From: the human T2T-CHM13v2.0 reference genome, Homo sapiens
NCBI RefSeq assembly: GCF_009914755.1
Contig: NC_060936.1
DNA length: 64,000 nucleotides
Direction: 5' to 3' (one strand)
A model generated the notes under the pieces. The model searched no databases, was not told the DNA's origin, and worked only from the letters and a program-made list of their open reading frames with translations. Made by a program: the position numbers and the translations under genes. How positions within the stretch are numbered: the first letter of the stretch is position 1; every line of letters starts with the position of its first letter. Positions 46,621-62,708 of the stretch are shown here, in pieces.

Positions 46621-48286
46621 GTTTATTCATGTTCCTTATATATGGCCTTTTGAGTTTCTACAAGGTGATATCTACTTTATCAACAAACTGAATGTCCTTT
46701 AAGCCCTTTGATTTCAGTTTTATAAGATAGTTGTCTTCAAGTTCTTGTTAGTTTTGCGCAATCTAGACCTCATACCACCTATGGTTAACTGACCAAAGGC
46801 ACTATTTGTGAAGATCTGTCTGAAGCAGGTACAGGCACAAAAACAAGGCCAAAGCTGAGAGTAGAAAAAAATCACAATTCAACATTAAAGTGCTGGGGCA
46901 TTTGAGGAACGAAAGTCTTTGTTGGCACATTGCTTTCACACTTACCTGGGATATTCTGCTCCCAGATATGTTCTGGGAACCTCAGGAGTATTTGACTAGC
47001 CTGACCCATGCTTGGTCATCAATTCTGGATGAAAAGTATCTACTCATAATCTGAGCATTTAATGGTTCTTGGATATTGTATCTTTTTTTGTTAAGTGGGG
47101 CTGTTTTTTCCTGTTTCTTTAATTTTGATACCAGTTTTCACAGACAAAAAGCTGCTCATTTTCTAGGAGCTAACTTACTTTTAATGGCTTAATTTATATT
47201 TATGGAATAAAGCAGACAACTGAACTTATTCTTTGATACTGTCATTTTTTTTTCATAATATAAATTGCCCTTCAGCCTAGACAAAACAGCTGAAGCCAAT
47301 CTTGAGTTACCTATCTTGGGATTAAAGTGACTATAGTAGTGGTGGTAAAGCAGACAAGTTTCATCTAGCTCTTTTGTCCTGTTTTGAGTACTAAATTTTT
47401 GAAGGTTTTAGTTATTTTCATTGCCATATATCATAAATTCTGCAGAGTAAAGAATTCTGGCCATTGGAGAACATTGTTTTACATCCTTAATTACTGTACA
47501 TTAATCTCTTATGGACTCAGTCAACTTTAAACTCTACTTCACAGGGATTGTTAGAAGAGGCAGCTAAGAAAGGTGAGCCTAGAAAAATCCTTTGTCTGGC
47601 CTCTCAGTAAATAGGTCTGGAGAACTGACTTACTGATAGAGAAAGAAGGGATACTCTACCTGTCCTCAGAATCCATTCCTCTTTTGCCCAGTAGTGTATT
47701 CTCTGTGTCTAGTACAGGGCTTGGAAAACAATGTATTTTCAAATAATGTGTTTGTTTGAATAAATGAGATGAATGGTATTAACAGCCCTCTGCCTTTTAA
47801 AAAGCAGCAAAATAGTGACCACCATTGATTTCTGAATCTCCAGATCTCATCACTGGAAAGTTCTCTGACCTATTTCTAGCAGAGAAAATGATTTTCTTGC
47901 TCATCATTTTTGGGAGTGCTCTTCTCTTGCCATGCCAGGCATATTCCTCTTCCCAATCAGTCAGAGATCACATGTGGAGCTATTCTTGGATTTTGAAACC
48001 ATCGGCCCTTGCCAAGGTGTGTGGAATGGCTGCAAAATTATATAACTCTGTATGCATCCACCTTTCTGTTGCAATGTGCCCTTCGTCTCACTCTCTTTAA
48101 GGACGGATCTTTATGGCTGGCCCTGAACACAAAAGTAAAATTTGTTTTGTGTTCCTATAAATGAATCTTTGGGGATTAAAGAATCTAGTTTGCAGTCATT
48201 TTCTTCTCTGTTTCCTATTCTTATTTTTGTTTTGTTTTGTTGTTCTTTTGTACTTCACTTAAGTTCTCTTGATTCTTCACTCTTAA

Positions 48287-48606
<320 letters not shown>

Positions 48607-49509
48607 CAGTGTCCCCACTTTTTAGTCTCTGTTTCTAAAGCCAGCCTCCCTCTTCAGTCTACTTCAGATCAGTTGCCTTGCAATAAGAACCATCAAGGAA
48701 GACAGTGCCTTTAGAAGACTTCTGAAATTGTATTGATAGCCATTTCATTCCATTCTTATTTCCACATCAAATTAAATAAGAAACAACTATTACTCCCCTA
48801 TCATCTAGTGCACCTTAGCTCAAAGGCATCACAGAACCTACATTTGCTAAAAACTTCTAACTTGAGGCTTGCTAATGCTGGTCTCTGGGGTCACACAGAT
48901 GATGCAAAACCCAGTCAGTCAGGATGGGATTGAGGAGATTATTCTCCATTGAAGTCCACCCAGGTGGTCAACTGCAGATTTAGGTTGGGTTTGGAGTGGA
49001 AGGTCTTCACAGAATGGAGTGCCTTAACAAGCTAAGGATATTAGAATTAATTGAAAAGTGGCAAATAATTACTGCCTCCTTTCACTTCTTGTATCTTTGT
49101 TTGATGTCTTTCAAAATTTTTGGAAAATTCTGTTATTATTTCTTTACATATTTCTCTAGACAAAGAGCTTGGCATATTCATAGAACAGAAAGGCTGTCAA
49201 AGTCACTGGTACAGAATGAGCAAGGGAAGAGTGATGAGATGAGGAGGGTGGGCATGGACCAGGTTATACAGGTCCTTGTAGGCTAATAGTAAAGATTTCA
49301 ATGTTATTTGTCCTTTTTATTATGGAAATTTTCAAATGTACACCAAAATAGAGTTATGTAACTACTTCCAATATATACATCACCAGTTCCAGTTACCTTT
49401 TTCCTTTCTGCCTTTATTTACTTTCCTCCAACATACTAGGTCATTTAATAGCAAAATAAAGACATAGTTTTATTTGTAAATATGTTAGTATCATTGAAAG
49501 ATAGGAATT

Positions 49510-49807
49510 CTTTTTTTTTTGACGGAGTCTCACTCTGTTTCCCAGTGCCCAGGCTGGAGTGCAGTGGAACCATCTTGCGGCTCACTGTAAACCCCACCTC
49601 TTGGGTTCAAACGAGTCTCCTGCCTCAGCTCCCAAGTAGCTGGGATTACAGGCATATACCACCACACCCGGTTAATTTTTGTATTTTCAGCAGAGATAGG
49701 GTTTCACCATGTTGCCCAGGCTGGTCTTGAACTCCTGAGCTCAAGCTGTCTGCCTGCCTCAGACTCCCAAAGTGCTGGGATTACAGGTGTGAGCCACCGC
49801 GCCTGAC
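49510..49807 (-). mobile_element. Alu element inserted in an L1M fragment
   Basis: TSD TAGGAATTCTT. Confidence 0.88.
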
Positions 49808-51318
49808 TAGGAATTCTTAATATAACTACAATTTCATTATTACACTTAGCATTAATATTGTTAAAATATTAACAATAATTTTTAAATATCATCAAGTATT
49901 GTCAGTGTTCAAATTTTCCCAGTTGTCTCGTAATTTATTTTCAGTGTGTTTTTGTTTTGCATCACATTAGAAATAAGCTTCATACAACATTGCCACTGGT
50001 TACTATGTTTCTCAAATATTTTTTAATCTATAGGGCTTCTCTCCATTACTTTTTTCCCACTCTTGCAATTTATTTGTTGTAGAAACTGAATTTTGCTGAT
50101 TGCATCTCTATGGTGTCATTTTATATATTTCTGTAATTTCAGTAAATTGGTAGTTAGATTTAGAGTCGATTTGGAATAATAATAATAAGTTTATTATTAT
50201 TATTTTGTCAAGCATACTTGATAGATTTTTTGCACTTCCATAGAAAGGTATATCTTGCCTGGTTAGTTTTCTTATTTGTGATTTTAGAAGCCCTTATTAA
50301 TCATTACCTAAATCCATTAATTCATTATAGTTTACAAAAAAATTCTATCATTCCTTTCTGTTTTATTAGCTGGAATATTTCTGTATTTCTATACAGAGAA
50401 ACCTATCCTCATTAGTCATTTAGTTACCTTAAAGTATAATTTATATAGAAAAAGCAGGATAAAATTTGATTTTTTTCCCTTTACGTACTCGTTTTCAAAA
50501 TAATGACTTTGTTGCATATTATCCTCCAAAGTTGGCCAATGAGTTTGCTTGTTTGTTTGAATATTATTATAAACCATAGGTTTAATACATGTGATGTGAT
50601 TGTATTTATTGTTCTATTGATACTCTAATTGTCTAATTTCAGGGCAGTGGGAATCTCTTCAGGTTGGCCAGTGAGTCCTTTGGCATGATCTTGGCATTCC
50701 TTCTTTTCTGATTCAACAAGATAGTTCAAGTTTATTTTGTAAATTTCTTGCTCTAGCTTTGGAATCAGTCCTTTCTCCAGGAACCCCACTTTCCATATAG
50801 TGGAAAATCATCTTTAGAGACCACAACATGGGCACTAAAGTACTCATTACTACTAGGTTAGTAGTAGTTCTAGTACTACTCATTAGTTCTAGGCCTTTGC
50901 TGAGGACAGAGTTAAGGAACCCTTGAAATAATTTGTGTTTTAGGGTAAAATTCATCATAGGTTCACACCAGTATTTTCAATTAATATTCAGGAAGACAGA
51001 ACTTTAATTTTACTTAATTAACCTTATGTTTGTAGCTACTTTTTCTCATGTTGAAATTCCTATTTGTTAATGACACAAATATATTTGCTTTATCCTATAT
51101 GACACACTCAATGGTCTCAGAATGACAATATCAGCACTACCATCAACAATAAGAATTACAGAGAATAGTTAATGTGTTTTTTCAGGTTTTATTTGTCTTT
51201 AGACTATTTGTCATTAAGGATGTTCAGAAAAGATTACTGTGTTCGAAAATTACTTGTACCTATTCATATAACTAATATATAATATTTATGTATGTATAAA
51301 ACATTTAAAGCATTCACT

Positions 51319-51645
<327 letters not shown>

Positions 51646-53552
51646 TTAAAAATATATCTAGACACAAACGCATACTCTGTTTTCAGATAATGGTAGCATA
51701 GTGTACAAGTTTTTCATTACTTTGTTTTTACTCCATAATATATCCTACGTAATTAATAGATTTATAGAGATATGGCTTATGCCTTTTTCACATCTTCAGA
51801 GTATTCCATTGTGTAAGGATACATTATTTAATCAGTCCAGTCCCCTCTTGATGGACATTTGACTCTTTCTAGTATTTTAATATTATAAATAATGATTCAT
51901 TGAAGAATCTTGGAGAAGACCTAAGATAGTTGACTAGATGCAGCCAGGAAGAGCATCTCCCATAGAGGGACTACCAGCACACTCTGAGCAGATATTTGAA
52001 GGGAAGACATTAAGAGAGTGGAAGGAAGGAAGGAAGACGCAGACCCTGGGCTGAAGCGGGAGGAAGCTGGAAACCTTGCCCAGGGCAGTGAAACACCAAG
52101 GCTTGCTCCTGGCCCTCTGCAGTTCCTGGGGGAAGAGATAAGTTAAATAGGTAAGCAGTGGCCGACTCTTGCCATGGACCTCCAGACTCCTAGCTTCAGG
52201 AGACTCTTATGACCCCCACAGAAACTTGAGCTGATAGGAGAGCTACTTGGAGAGGTGGCAGGGACAGTATTCCAGCCTGTGCAGAGCCAAGGGGGGTTGG
52301 CATAGGAATAGAGGCAGTGGAGCACGGCCAGGGGCATTCATCCCCAAGGCTCACTACACTCCCCTAGGTGGCTTTGGCCTTTGTTTCCTGTCATACCTGG
52401 ACAGAGTGGCACGGTTTTGCCCATGGGATGGGGCTAGTATGATCTGTGCACTCCCTTGCCTCCCAGTCTCTCCCAGCATGCCTGCCTGGCCGTGCCCATT
52501 TGCAGCACAGCCTTGGATGCCCAACTAGGGTGCTTCCTGGTGGCAGCTGCCATAGCTACTTCACCGGCAGACCCCACCTAACAATCAGGGAGCTTCAGCA
52601 GATGGGCCTTGCTGGTGCACACCCACCTACAACCTTCCCTCACCCCTTTGGCAGTGTGCACATGCACAGACTTCACTGCTCAGTTGTCACTGGCATGTGT
52701 GTGTGGACCTCCTGCTGCTGCCCCGCTCCCTCTGGCATGTGTGGACACTGCCTCATTGCAGCCACCTTTGTGAGCACTCATGAAAGGATGCTATCTCCCC
52801 ACCCTTGTGAGCACATGTATACCCCATCATGCTGATGCTGCTGGCAGTGCATGCATACTCTGCTGCCACCACCCTGATGATGTGCTTTTGCTGGCACCCC
52901 CCATCAGAGTGTTGTCAGCAGACCAGAGCACTTCAGCCCGTCCTGCATAGCAGGTGCTTAACCTCAAGTGGACAGAGAACAAAGCTGTGGGCCTGCTACC
53001 AGCCCCCCAGGGTTAGCATGCAGCCCACAGTTGCTGAGCTGAGCGTTGGCCATCTGAAATCATTCAGAAATGAAGCCGGCTGACTGAACTCAACTTATAC
53101 CGCAGTCAAAACTTCAAGGTCTTCAGAAAATATAAAAGCAAAAAGCTCCATCCAAAGTTTACCAACTTTAAAGGTTAAAGGAACATCAGCCTGCATAGAT
53201 GAGAAAGAACCAGCACAAGAACTCTAGCAACTCAGAAAGCCAGAGTGTCTTCTTATCTCCAAATGATTACACTGGCTTCCCAGCAATGGTTCTTAACCAG
53301 ACTGCCATGGCTGAAATGACAGAGATAGAATTCATAATCTGGATAGTAATGAAGATCATCTAGATTCAGGAAAAAGTTGAAACCCAACCCAAGAAATCTA
53401 AGGAATCCAATAAAATAACACAAGAATTGAAAGATGCAATAGCTATTTTAAGAAAGAAACTGATCTGCTAGAGCTGAAAAACACACTGTAAGAATGTCAT
53501 AATACAATCATAAGTATTAACAACAGAATAGACCAAGCTAAGGAAAACAATC

Positions 53553-53845
53553 TTTTTTTTTTTTTTTTTTTTTTTGACAGAGTCTCGCTTTGTTACCCAG
53601 GCTGGAGTGCAGTGGCGCATCTCCGCTCACTGCAATCTCCACCTCCACAGTTCACGCCATTCTTCTGCCTCAGCCTCCCTTGTAGCTGGGACTACAGGCA
53701 CCCACCACAACACCCAGCTATTTTTTTGTATTTTTTTTTAGTACAGACGGGGTTTCACCGTGTTAGCCAGGATGTTCTCGATCTCCTGACCTTGTGATCT
53801 GCCCGCCTCTGCCTCCCAAAGTGCTGGGATTACAGGCATGAACCA
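53553..53845 (-). mobile_element. AluY-like element inserted in L1 ORF1
   Basis: Poly-T followed by reverse-complement Alu. Confidence 0.88.
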
Positions 53846-55661
53846 TGAAGACTGGTTCTTCTAATCAACTTAGGCAAAAATAAATAAAAAAGAACAAAAA
53901 ACAATAAAACCTCCAAGAAATATGGGATTATGTGAACAGACCAAGGCTATGACTCATTGGTGTCCTTGAAAGAGAGGGAAAGAGAGCAAACAACTTGGAA
54001 AACATATTTGAACATATTGTCCACAACATTTCCACAAAATGTCCCTAACCTCACTAGAGAGGTTGACATTCAATTTCAGGAAATTCAGAGAACCCCTGTG
54101 AGACACTATATACAAGATGACCATCCCCAAGACACATACATACTCATTAGATTCTCCAAGGTCAATGCAAAGGAAAAAATATTAAAGGCAGCTAGAGATA
54201 AGGGGCAGGTCACCTGCAAAGGCAACCCCATCCAGCTAACAGTGGACCTTTTAGCAGAAACCCACAAGCCAGAAGAGATTGGAGGCCTATATGCAGCATT
54301 CTTAAAGAAAAGAAATTCCAACCAAGAATTTTATATCCAGTCAAACTAAGCTTCGTAAGTGAAAGAAACAAAATCCTCTTCAGAAAAGCAAATGCTAAGG
54401 GAATTAATTACCACCAGACTTGCCTTACAAGAGGTCCTTAAAGGAATGCTAAACATGGAAACAAAAGACTGTTACTGGCCACCACAAAAACACACTTAAG
54501 TACATAGACCATTGACCCTATAAAGCAACCACACAAGCCTGCATAACAACTAGCTAACAACAGGATGATATGATCAAATCTGCTCATAACAATATTAACC
54601 TTGAATGGAAAATAAACACTCCACTTACAAAAACACAGAATGGCAAGTTGGGTAAAGAAGCAAGACTCATCTGTACACTGTCTTCAAGAGATCCATCTTA
54701 CATGCAATGACACCCATAGGCTCAAAGTAAAGAGATGTAAAAAAATTTACCAAGCAAATGGAAAATGAAAAAGATCAGGGGTTGCTTTTCTAATTTCAGA
54801 CAAAACAGACTTCAGACCAATAATCAAAAAAGAACCAAAGAGGGACATTGCATAATGATAAAGGTTCAATTTAACAAAAGACTTAACTATTCTAAATATA
54901 TATGCACCAACGCAGGAGCACCCAGATTGATAAAACAAGTTCTTCAAGACCTACAAAGAGACTTAGATAACAACACAATAATAGCGGGAGACTTCAACAC
55001 CCCACTGACAGTGTTAGACAGATCATCAAAGCAGAAAACTGACAAAGATATTCAGGACCTAAACACGATACTTTACCAGATGGGCCTAATGGGCATTTAT
55101 AGAACATTCCACCCAGCAACAACTGAATATACATTCTTCTCATCTGCACATGGCACATGCTCTAAAATTAAGTATATGCTTAGCCATAAAACAATTCTTG
55201 ACAAATTCAAAGAAACCAAAAACATATCAACCACACTCTTGAACCACAGCACAATAAAAATAAGAATCAATATTAAGAGGGTCTCTCAGAACTATACAAT
55301 TATGTGGAGATTAAACAATCTACTCCTGAATGACTTGGATAAACAATGAAATTAAGGCAGAAATCAAGAAATTCTTTTAAACAGTGAAATTAAGGCAGAA
55401 ATCAGATTCTTTAAAACGAATGAAAACAAACATACAACATACCAGAATATCTGGAACACAGCTAAAACAGTGCAAAAAGGGAAGTTTACAGTGCTAAATC
55501 ACCACATCAAAAAGTTAGAAAGATCTCAAACTGACAACCTAACATCACACCAAGAAGAACTAGAAAAACAAGAGCAAACCAACCTCAAAGCTAGCAGAAA
55601 AAAACAAATACCCAAAATCTGAGCTGAACTGAATCAAACTGAGATGCAAAAAGCCATACAA

Positions 55662-55954
<293 letters not shown>

Positions 55955-58900
55955 TCAATGAAACAAAAAATTGGTTCTTTGAAAGAATAATTAAGATTGA
56001 TAAACCACTAGTTAGACTAATAAAGAAAAAAGAGACAATCCAAATAAACACAATCAAAAATGATTATCATTGACCCCACAGAAATGGAACACAGTATCAT
56101 TCAGAGACTATTATGAACACCTCTGTGCAAACCAACTAGGAAACCTAGAAGAAATGAATACATTCCTGGAAATATACAACCTGGTAAAGATTGGACGAGG
56201 AAGAAATTGAAACTTTGAACAAAACAAAAATGAGTTCCAAAATTGAATCAGTAATAAAAGCCTACTAAGAAAAAGTCCTGAAGTAGATGGACTCACAGCT
56301 GTATTCTACCAGGTGTATAAAGAAGAGCTGGTACCAATCCTACTGAAACTGTTTTTAAAAATTGAGGATGACAAACTCCTCTCTAACTCATTCTATGAGG
56401 CTGGTATCATTCTGATAGCAAAACCTGCCAAACACCCAACAACCACAAAGTAAAACTTCAGGCCAATATCTCTGATTACCATAGGTGCAACAACCCTCAA
56501 CAAAATACTAGAAAAGCAAATCCAGCAGCATATCAGAAAGCTAATCCACCATGATTAACTAGGCTTTATTGATGTGAAAGATTGGTTCAACACACACAAA
56601 TCAATAAGTATGATTCATTATATGAAAATAACTAAAAGCAAAAACTACACAATCATCTCAATAGACACAAAAAGGCTTTCAATAAAATTCAACATCTCTT
56701 CATGTTAAAAATGCACAACAAACTAGGCGTTGAAGGAATGTACCTCAAAACAGTAAGAGCCATCTATGACAAACTCACAGTCAACATCATACTGAATGGG
56801 CAAAAGCTGGAAGTATTCCCCTTGAGAACCAGAGCAACCAGGGAAGAGAAAGAAATAAAAGGCATCCAAATAGGAAGAAAGGAGGTCAAACTATCTTTGC
56901 AGATGATATGATTCTATACCTAGAAAATCCCATAGTCTCTTCCCCAAAACTCCCAGATCTGATAAACAACTTCAGCAAAGTTTCAGGATACAAAATCAAT
57001 GCACGAAAATCGCTAGCACTCCTATACGCCAGCAACATCCAAGCTGAGAGCCAAATAAAAAAACTTATTCCTATTCACAGTAGCCAAAAAAATAATAACA
57101 TATATAGAAATACAGCTAACCAGGAAGGTGAACAATCTCTACAATGAGAATTAAAAAACACTGCTGGAAGAAATTAGGGGTGACACTAACAAATGGAAAA
57201 ATATTCCATGTTCATGGATAGGAAGAATTAGTATTGTTAGATTGGCCACGCTGCCCAAAGCAATGTGCAGATTCAATGCTATTCTTATCAAACTACCTCA
57301 ATGATATTTTTTCACAGAATTAGAAAAAAGTATTCTAAAATTCATGTAGAACCAAAAAAAAAAAAAAAAAAGCCTGAATAGCCATGGCAACCCTAAGCAA
57401 AAAAGCAAAGCTAGAGGCACTTTAATACCCAATTTCAAACTATACTACAAGGCTATTGTAGCCAAAACAGCATAGTGCTGGTACAAAAACAGACACATCG
57501 ACTAAGGGAACAGGTTAGAGAACCCAGAAGTAAAACCACACATGTACAACTATCTGATCTTCAACAAAATTGACAAAAAACAAGCAATGGGGAAAGAACT
57601 CCTTATTTAATAAATGGGGCTGGGATAACTGGCTTGCCATATGCAGAAGATTTAAACTGGACCCCTTACTTTCACCATATACAAAAATCAACTCAAGATG
57701 AATTAAAGACTTCCATGTAAAACCCAAAACTATAAAAATTTTAGAAGAAACCCTAGGAAATCCCATTCTGGACATAGGCCCTGGCAAAGATTTCATGATG
57801 AAGACTTCAAAAGCAATTGCAGCAACAATAAAACTCGACAAATGGTACCTAATTAAACTAAAGAGCTTCTGCATAGTTGAAAGAAACTATTAACAGAGTA
57901 AACAGAAAACCTACATACATAATGGGGGAAAATATTTGCAAACTATGCACCCAACAAAGGTCTAATATACATAATCTATAAGGAACTTAGACAAATTAAC
58001 AAGCAAAAACCAAACAACCCCATTAAAAAATGGACAAAGGATATGAAGACACTTCTCAAAAGAAGACATACATGTAGCCAACAAACACATGAAAAGAAGC
58101 TCAACATTACTAATCGTTAGAAAAACGCAAACCAAAACCATAATGAGATACTATCTCACACCAATCGGAATGGCTATTATTAAAAGGTCAAAAAATAACC
58201 GATGCATGTGAGGTTGTGGAGAAAAGGGAGCACTTACACACCGCTGGTAGGAATGTAAATTAGTTCATCCTCTGTGGAAGTCAGTTTGGAGATTTTTCAC
58301 AGGACTTAAAACAGAACTACCATTCAACCCAGCAATCCCGTTACTAGGTATATACCCAAACTACCATAAAGACACATACACGCATGTGTTCATCGTAGCA
58401 CTATTTACAATAGCAAAGATGTGAAACCAGCCTAAATGCCCATCAATGATGGACTGGATAGAGAAAATGTGGTATGTATATACCATGGAATACTATGTAG
58501 CCATAAAAAGAAGGAAATCATGCCCTTTACAGTAACACGATGGAGTTGGAGGCCATTATCCTAAGCAAATTAATGCAGGAGCAGAAAAGTAAATACTGCA
58601 TATTCTCTCACCTGGGAGATAAACACTGAGTACACATGGACGCAAAGAAGAGAACCATAGACACCAAGACCTACTTGGTGGTGGAGGGTAGGAGGAGGGT
58701 GAGGACCAAAAAACTACCTATCAAGTCCTATGCTTATTATCTGGGTGACTAAGAAATCCCATGACACACAATTTAGCCATGTAACAAACCTGCACACGTA
58801 CCCCCCCGAACCTAAAATAAAAGTTGCAAAGAAAAAAAAACCAGTATTAAGCAGGTATATTTCTGTTTTTACTAATGTATCTTTGGGTTGATTCCTAGAA

Positions 58901-58991
58901 GTAAGACAGCTGGATTAAGGGTCAGGATTTTGTATTGTTTTCTAATCTCAATGGGCAGTCTTGAGGTATGTAGCTTTTGCCATGGTCATAG

Positions 58992-59833
58992 TGAAACTGG
59001 AAAAGTTCCCTTGTCCCCTTCGCAGGGCATGCGAGAGAGGGAGTGGCTAGCTTCTTCAGTGTTTCGCTGCTCACATCTCTGGGGGAGCATACAGATGGGC
59101 AGGATGTGGGGCTTCGACCCCATGGCAGTGTCTAGGGGTGAATTTTTACAGCTCCTGAAGCCCCAGTGAGTGTGTGCTACTGGGGGCTCTTAGTTTTGCT
59201 GTCTATAGGCAGCTTGTGTTAATCAGCTCAATTAGACACTCTGCCTCGTGGCAAGGACAGAGGCCTTTCTGTATCCCGGGTTCTTGCCTTGGTGTGCCTG
59301 AAGAATCGGTTCACACGTGGGCTTGAAGAATGAGTGCAAGGTTTTACTGAGTGGAAGTAGCTCTCAGCAGATGAGGGAGCCAGAAGGAAGATGGTTTTCC
59401 TCTGGAGTTGGGCTGCTGGATGGCCTGGGCGCTCTCCTCCGACTGCCCCAGCCAAACTCCGTGTCAGTCTGCCAGTCGGTTGGTGGCTTGTTGGCCTGCT
59501 GGTGCTTGTCGGTGCGTTCCTCTCAATGTCCAGCCACCTGCGTGTTCCTCCAGTGATGTGCTCCTCTCGATGTCCAGCCGTTTGTGTGTCTGCCTGTTAG
59601 GGTGTTGGGGGTTTTCATAGGCATAGGATGGGGGAGTGGCACGCCAGGGTGGTCTTGAAAAATGCAACATTTGGGCAGGAAAACAAAAATGCCTGTCCTC
59701 ACCTAGGTCCCTGGTCACAAGGCAGGTGGTGGAGTCCTAGTCAGGGACCACGCCCTTCCCTATTTCCGTATCATTTAAAGGGCCCACACCAGCACTTCCC
59801 TTCCCAGCACTTCCCTTCCCCACTTCCGTATCA
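58992..59833 (-). mobile_element. ERV1 solo LTR (same group as 41808-42499)
   Basis: TGAAAC...GAAAAGTTCCCTTGTCCCC and CACTTCCGTATCA termini; perfect ATAG TSD. Confidence 0.85.
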
Positions 59834-59949
59834 ATAGCAGGGGTGGGATTCTTAGGACATCAGTGCTCACGGGAGTGGGACAGTGGTTTAATAAATAATA
59901 TTATCTTTGGAGATAGACACATACACACACATACCACACACTCAAGCAC

Positions 59950-60559
59950 CAGGTAAGTGAATAATGTTTCATTCAACCTTGTTTTCTCATCGCATTGATG
60001 AGAAAAAATATCGCTTCTTCCTACGGCCACTGTCGTGTGAACCTTGAGTATTCTCCCCATGTCTGCATGGGTTTTCTCTGGGTACTCAAATTTCCTCCCA
60101 CATCCCAAAGATACGCACATTCAGTGAATTAGCATGTCTAAATGGCCCCTGTCTGAGTGAGTGTGAGTGTGTGTGCCTGAGTGTGCCCTGTGATGGGATG
60201 GCGGCCTATCCAGGGTGGGTTTCTGACTGGTGCCCTGAACTGCTGAGACAGACTCACCCACCTACAACCCCGAGCTGGAATAAATGGGTAGATAATTATC
60301 CTGCTTGAGTATATTAATAGTTAAAAAATGTATATATAGTTCAAATATTTTTCTATGTTTAATATTAGAAGTGCTTTGGCTCTTTATTTAGAAGTCTGGT
60401 GATGTTTTTGTGACCAGAAATTTGTTGTAGGAACTGAATCTTATTTATATCAAGTAGCTGGTGGTAAAATTGGTTTTGTTATATGTCGTTTTGTTTAAAC
60501 TTTTGTTTAACAAGCAATAGGTTCAAAGAACCTATTTAAGATATAAAGTGAGGAATTAA

Positions 60560-60561
<2 letters not shown>
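59950..60561 (+). mobile_element. MER6-family Tigger element
   Basis: TTCTCCCCATGTCTGCATGGGTTTTCTCTGGGTACTC...TTTCCTCCCACATCCCAAAGA core; end AAGTGAGGAATTAATG. Confidence 0.75.
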
Positions 60562-60590
<29 letters not shown>

Positions 60591-62690
60591 TTTGTAAAAT
60601 CACTGCCTTTTTAAAGGGTAATTTGGGAACATTTTTATCATTCCTCGGAACGAAGGATAAACATTCCTTTCCTTAAAAATAACATTGGAACATCATTTTC
60701 CAGAAATATAAGAATTCTCTCACAGTGGTTGCTATTTTACTTTTCAATGACTTGCCAAAACTAGAAAGCAGAACATATAAAATTTCATCTGGAAATGATT
60801 TCTGGGACTTATGTGGTTTTTGTGCTGCTATTCTTTTTTGTGTGTTTTTATGTTAGGAAAAGTCATAGAAGAAGCCAAATTTGGTGTAGGAGCTGAATTA
60901 GTTACTGTGATTTACTAGAGATGGACAGGGACTGTGGCAGTCTTTGGCAGGCCTCGAGGAGCAAACTGACAAAGCTGTCATTTTCACATTTAGAATTTTC
61001 CATGTGTTCACTGCCAGCCTAGAAACCCCAGGAGCGTGGTGTCCCCTACATTTTCCAATATGTGAAGATGTTCTACCCAGATCTCTCATATGATCGATTC
61101 TACAGCCCATATAGAGTCTTGCCCTGTTATTCTAGAGTCACCATTCAGAGTCATCCAATATTCTGAAGAGCTCTTTTCCTTTCATAAAGGCCTTTTCATA
61201 TCGCTGAAAACAGTTAATCATCAATCTGCATTGAATATCCAGTATATAAAAGAGACTGAAATAATAAACGCCAACTTTTATTGAGTGCTTAACATGTCAC
61301 AGGCATGATGCTAGTTAAGCTCTTTTCATGGATTATCTCACCTAATTTTCAAAAAGGTTTATTAGTATTTCAAAGGGGCAAAACTGAAGATCTGAAGCCT
61401 AGTACTTTTGCAATACTGTAAAGTTGCTAGTGGTAGAATGCTTTCTGATTTTGAAATCCACACTGTTAACCAAGAGACCACTTCATTAGCTAATGAGGGT
61501 TCTCTGGAGTTGCTAAAGGAAATGTCATTCATACTTTCTTGAGAGGAATGGATCATATTGCACAGGAAAGGGATGTAAGAACATATATGTATTGTTCTTA
61601 CATCATATATGTGTGTGTACTAAAGCCCTGTTAGAATGATGAGCAAGGAAGGAATGAGTTTAACCTTTAAATTAGACTGACCTTGCTTCAAAACTTGGTT
61701 TCTCCACTCACTCCCAGTGCAGACTTAGATGAGTTATTCATTGCTCTGAGCCAAGTTTTCTCCACGCTTAAATAGGAATAATAATTCTCCAAAGTTTTTT
61801 TGAGAATTTGGAAATACTAATATGTGCATAAAATGATTGAAACAGTGTCTGACATATAGAAAGCAAACCCTAAAAAGTAATATATAGATAACCTTTGAGG
61901 CATTTTCAAGTCAGTGAATTTTTACGTTTGGCAAGGACCTGGGTAGTTGAAGAGGATAATATGATAGGCAATACAAGTGAAAATAAAAGAAAGCATAAAG
62001 ACTTGAAAGCAGAAACAAACAAATGGTGTGTGTGTGTGTGCAACGTAAGAAAGTTTGATTTCCTATATAGAGAGTTTAGTATGCTGTGTAATGTGAGATC
62101 ACATTGCTTAGTGTGTGATAGAAGCTTGGGTGTAATAGAAGCTTAGATATGATGGGAGCTGCTGTGGAATCCCCCTGCAGAGTCAAAGTCTGTCATGTTG
62201 AAACTCCACACTGTCAAAAGCAATGGTATCTTGAAGTTTGTCTGATTTAATTATGTTGACAACTTCCTAGGAAAGACACCTTCAGAGCCTGATAGAGGCA
62301 AGCAGGTGATGAGATGTCCGTTTTGTATGCTGTGCCCACCACATAGCATGATTGTAAATACTTAGTTCTCTTGAAATAACAACTGTGAAGGAGGAGTGCC
62401 ATGGGGAGGTGAAACGGATGCAATGATCATTTAACTTTTTCTATGGTTCTTGGGCCTGAAAAGTAGGAACACCTCTATGTTCCTGGAAATTGAGAAAAAA
62501 AAAATGTGAATCAGAAGAGATCATATATTCCGTATTGCGACTACTCTGAGTCATATCAGTAACACAAACATTTGATAATCATTTCTTAATTAAACTTCTG
62601 AACATTTTTTGACATTTTATAAAACAATGCTTTTCCCAAACTAATTCTATTTTGAGCTATCAGAATGTATATCCTGTTTTCTTGCATTTT

Positions 62691-62708
62691 CACCACCAGA
62701 TGGCAGTG
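62691..62708 (+). promoter_or_regulatory. Candidate CTCF site CACCACCAGATGGCAGTG
   Basis: Matches the CCASYAGRKGGCRS core; TTGCA lies a few bp upstream. Confidence 0.55.
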
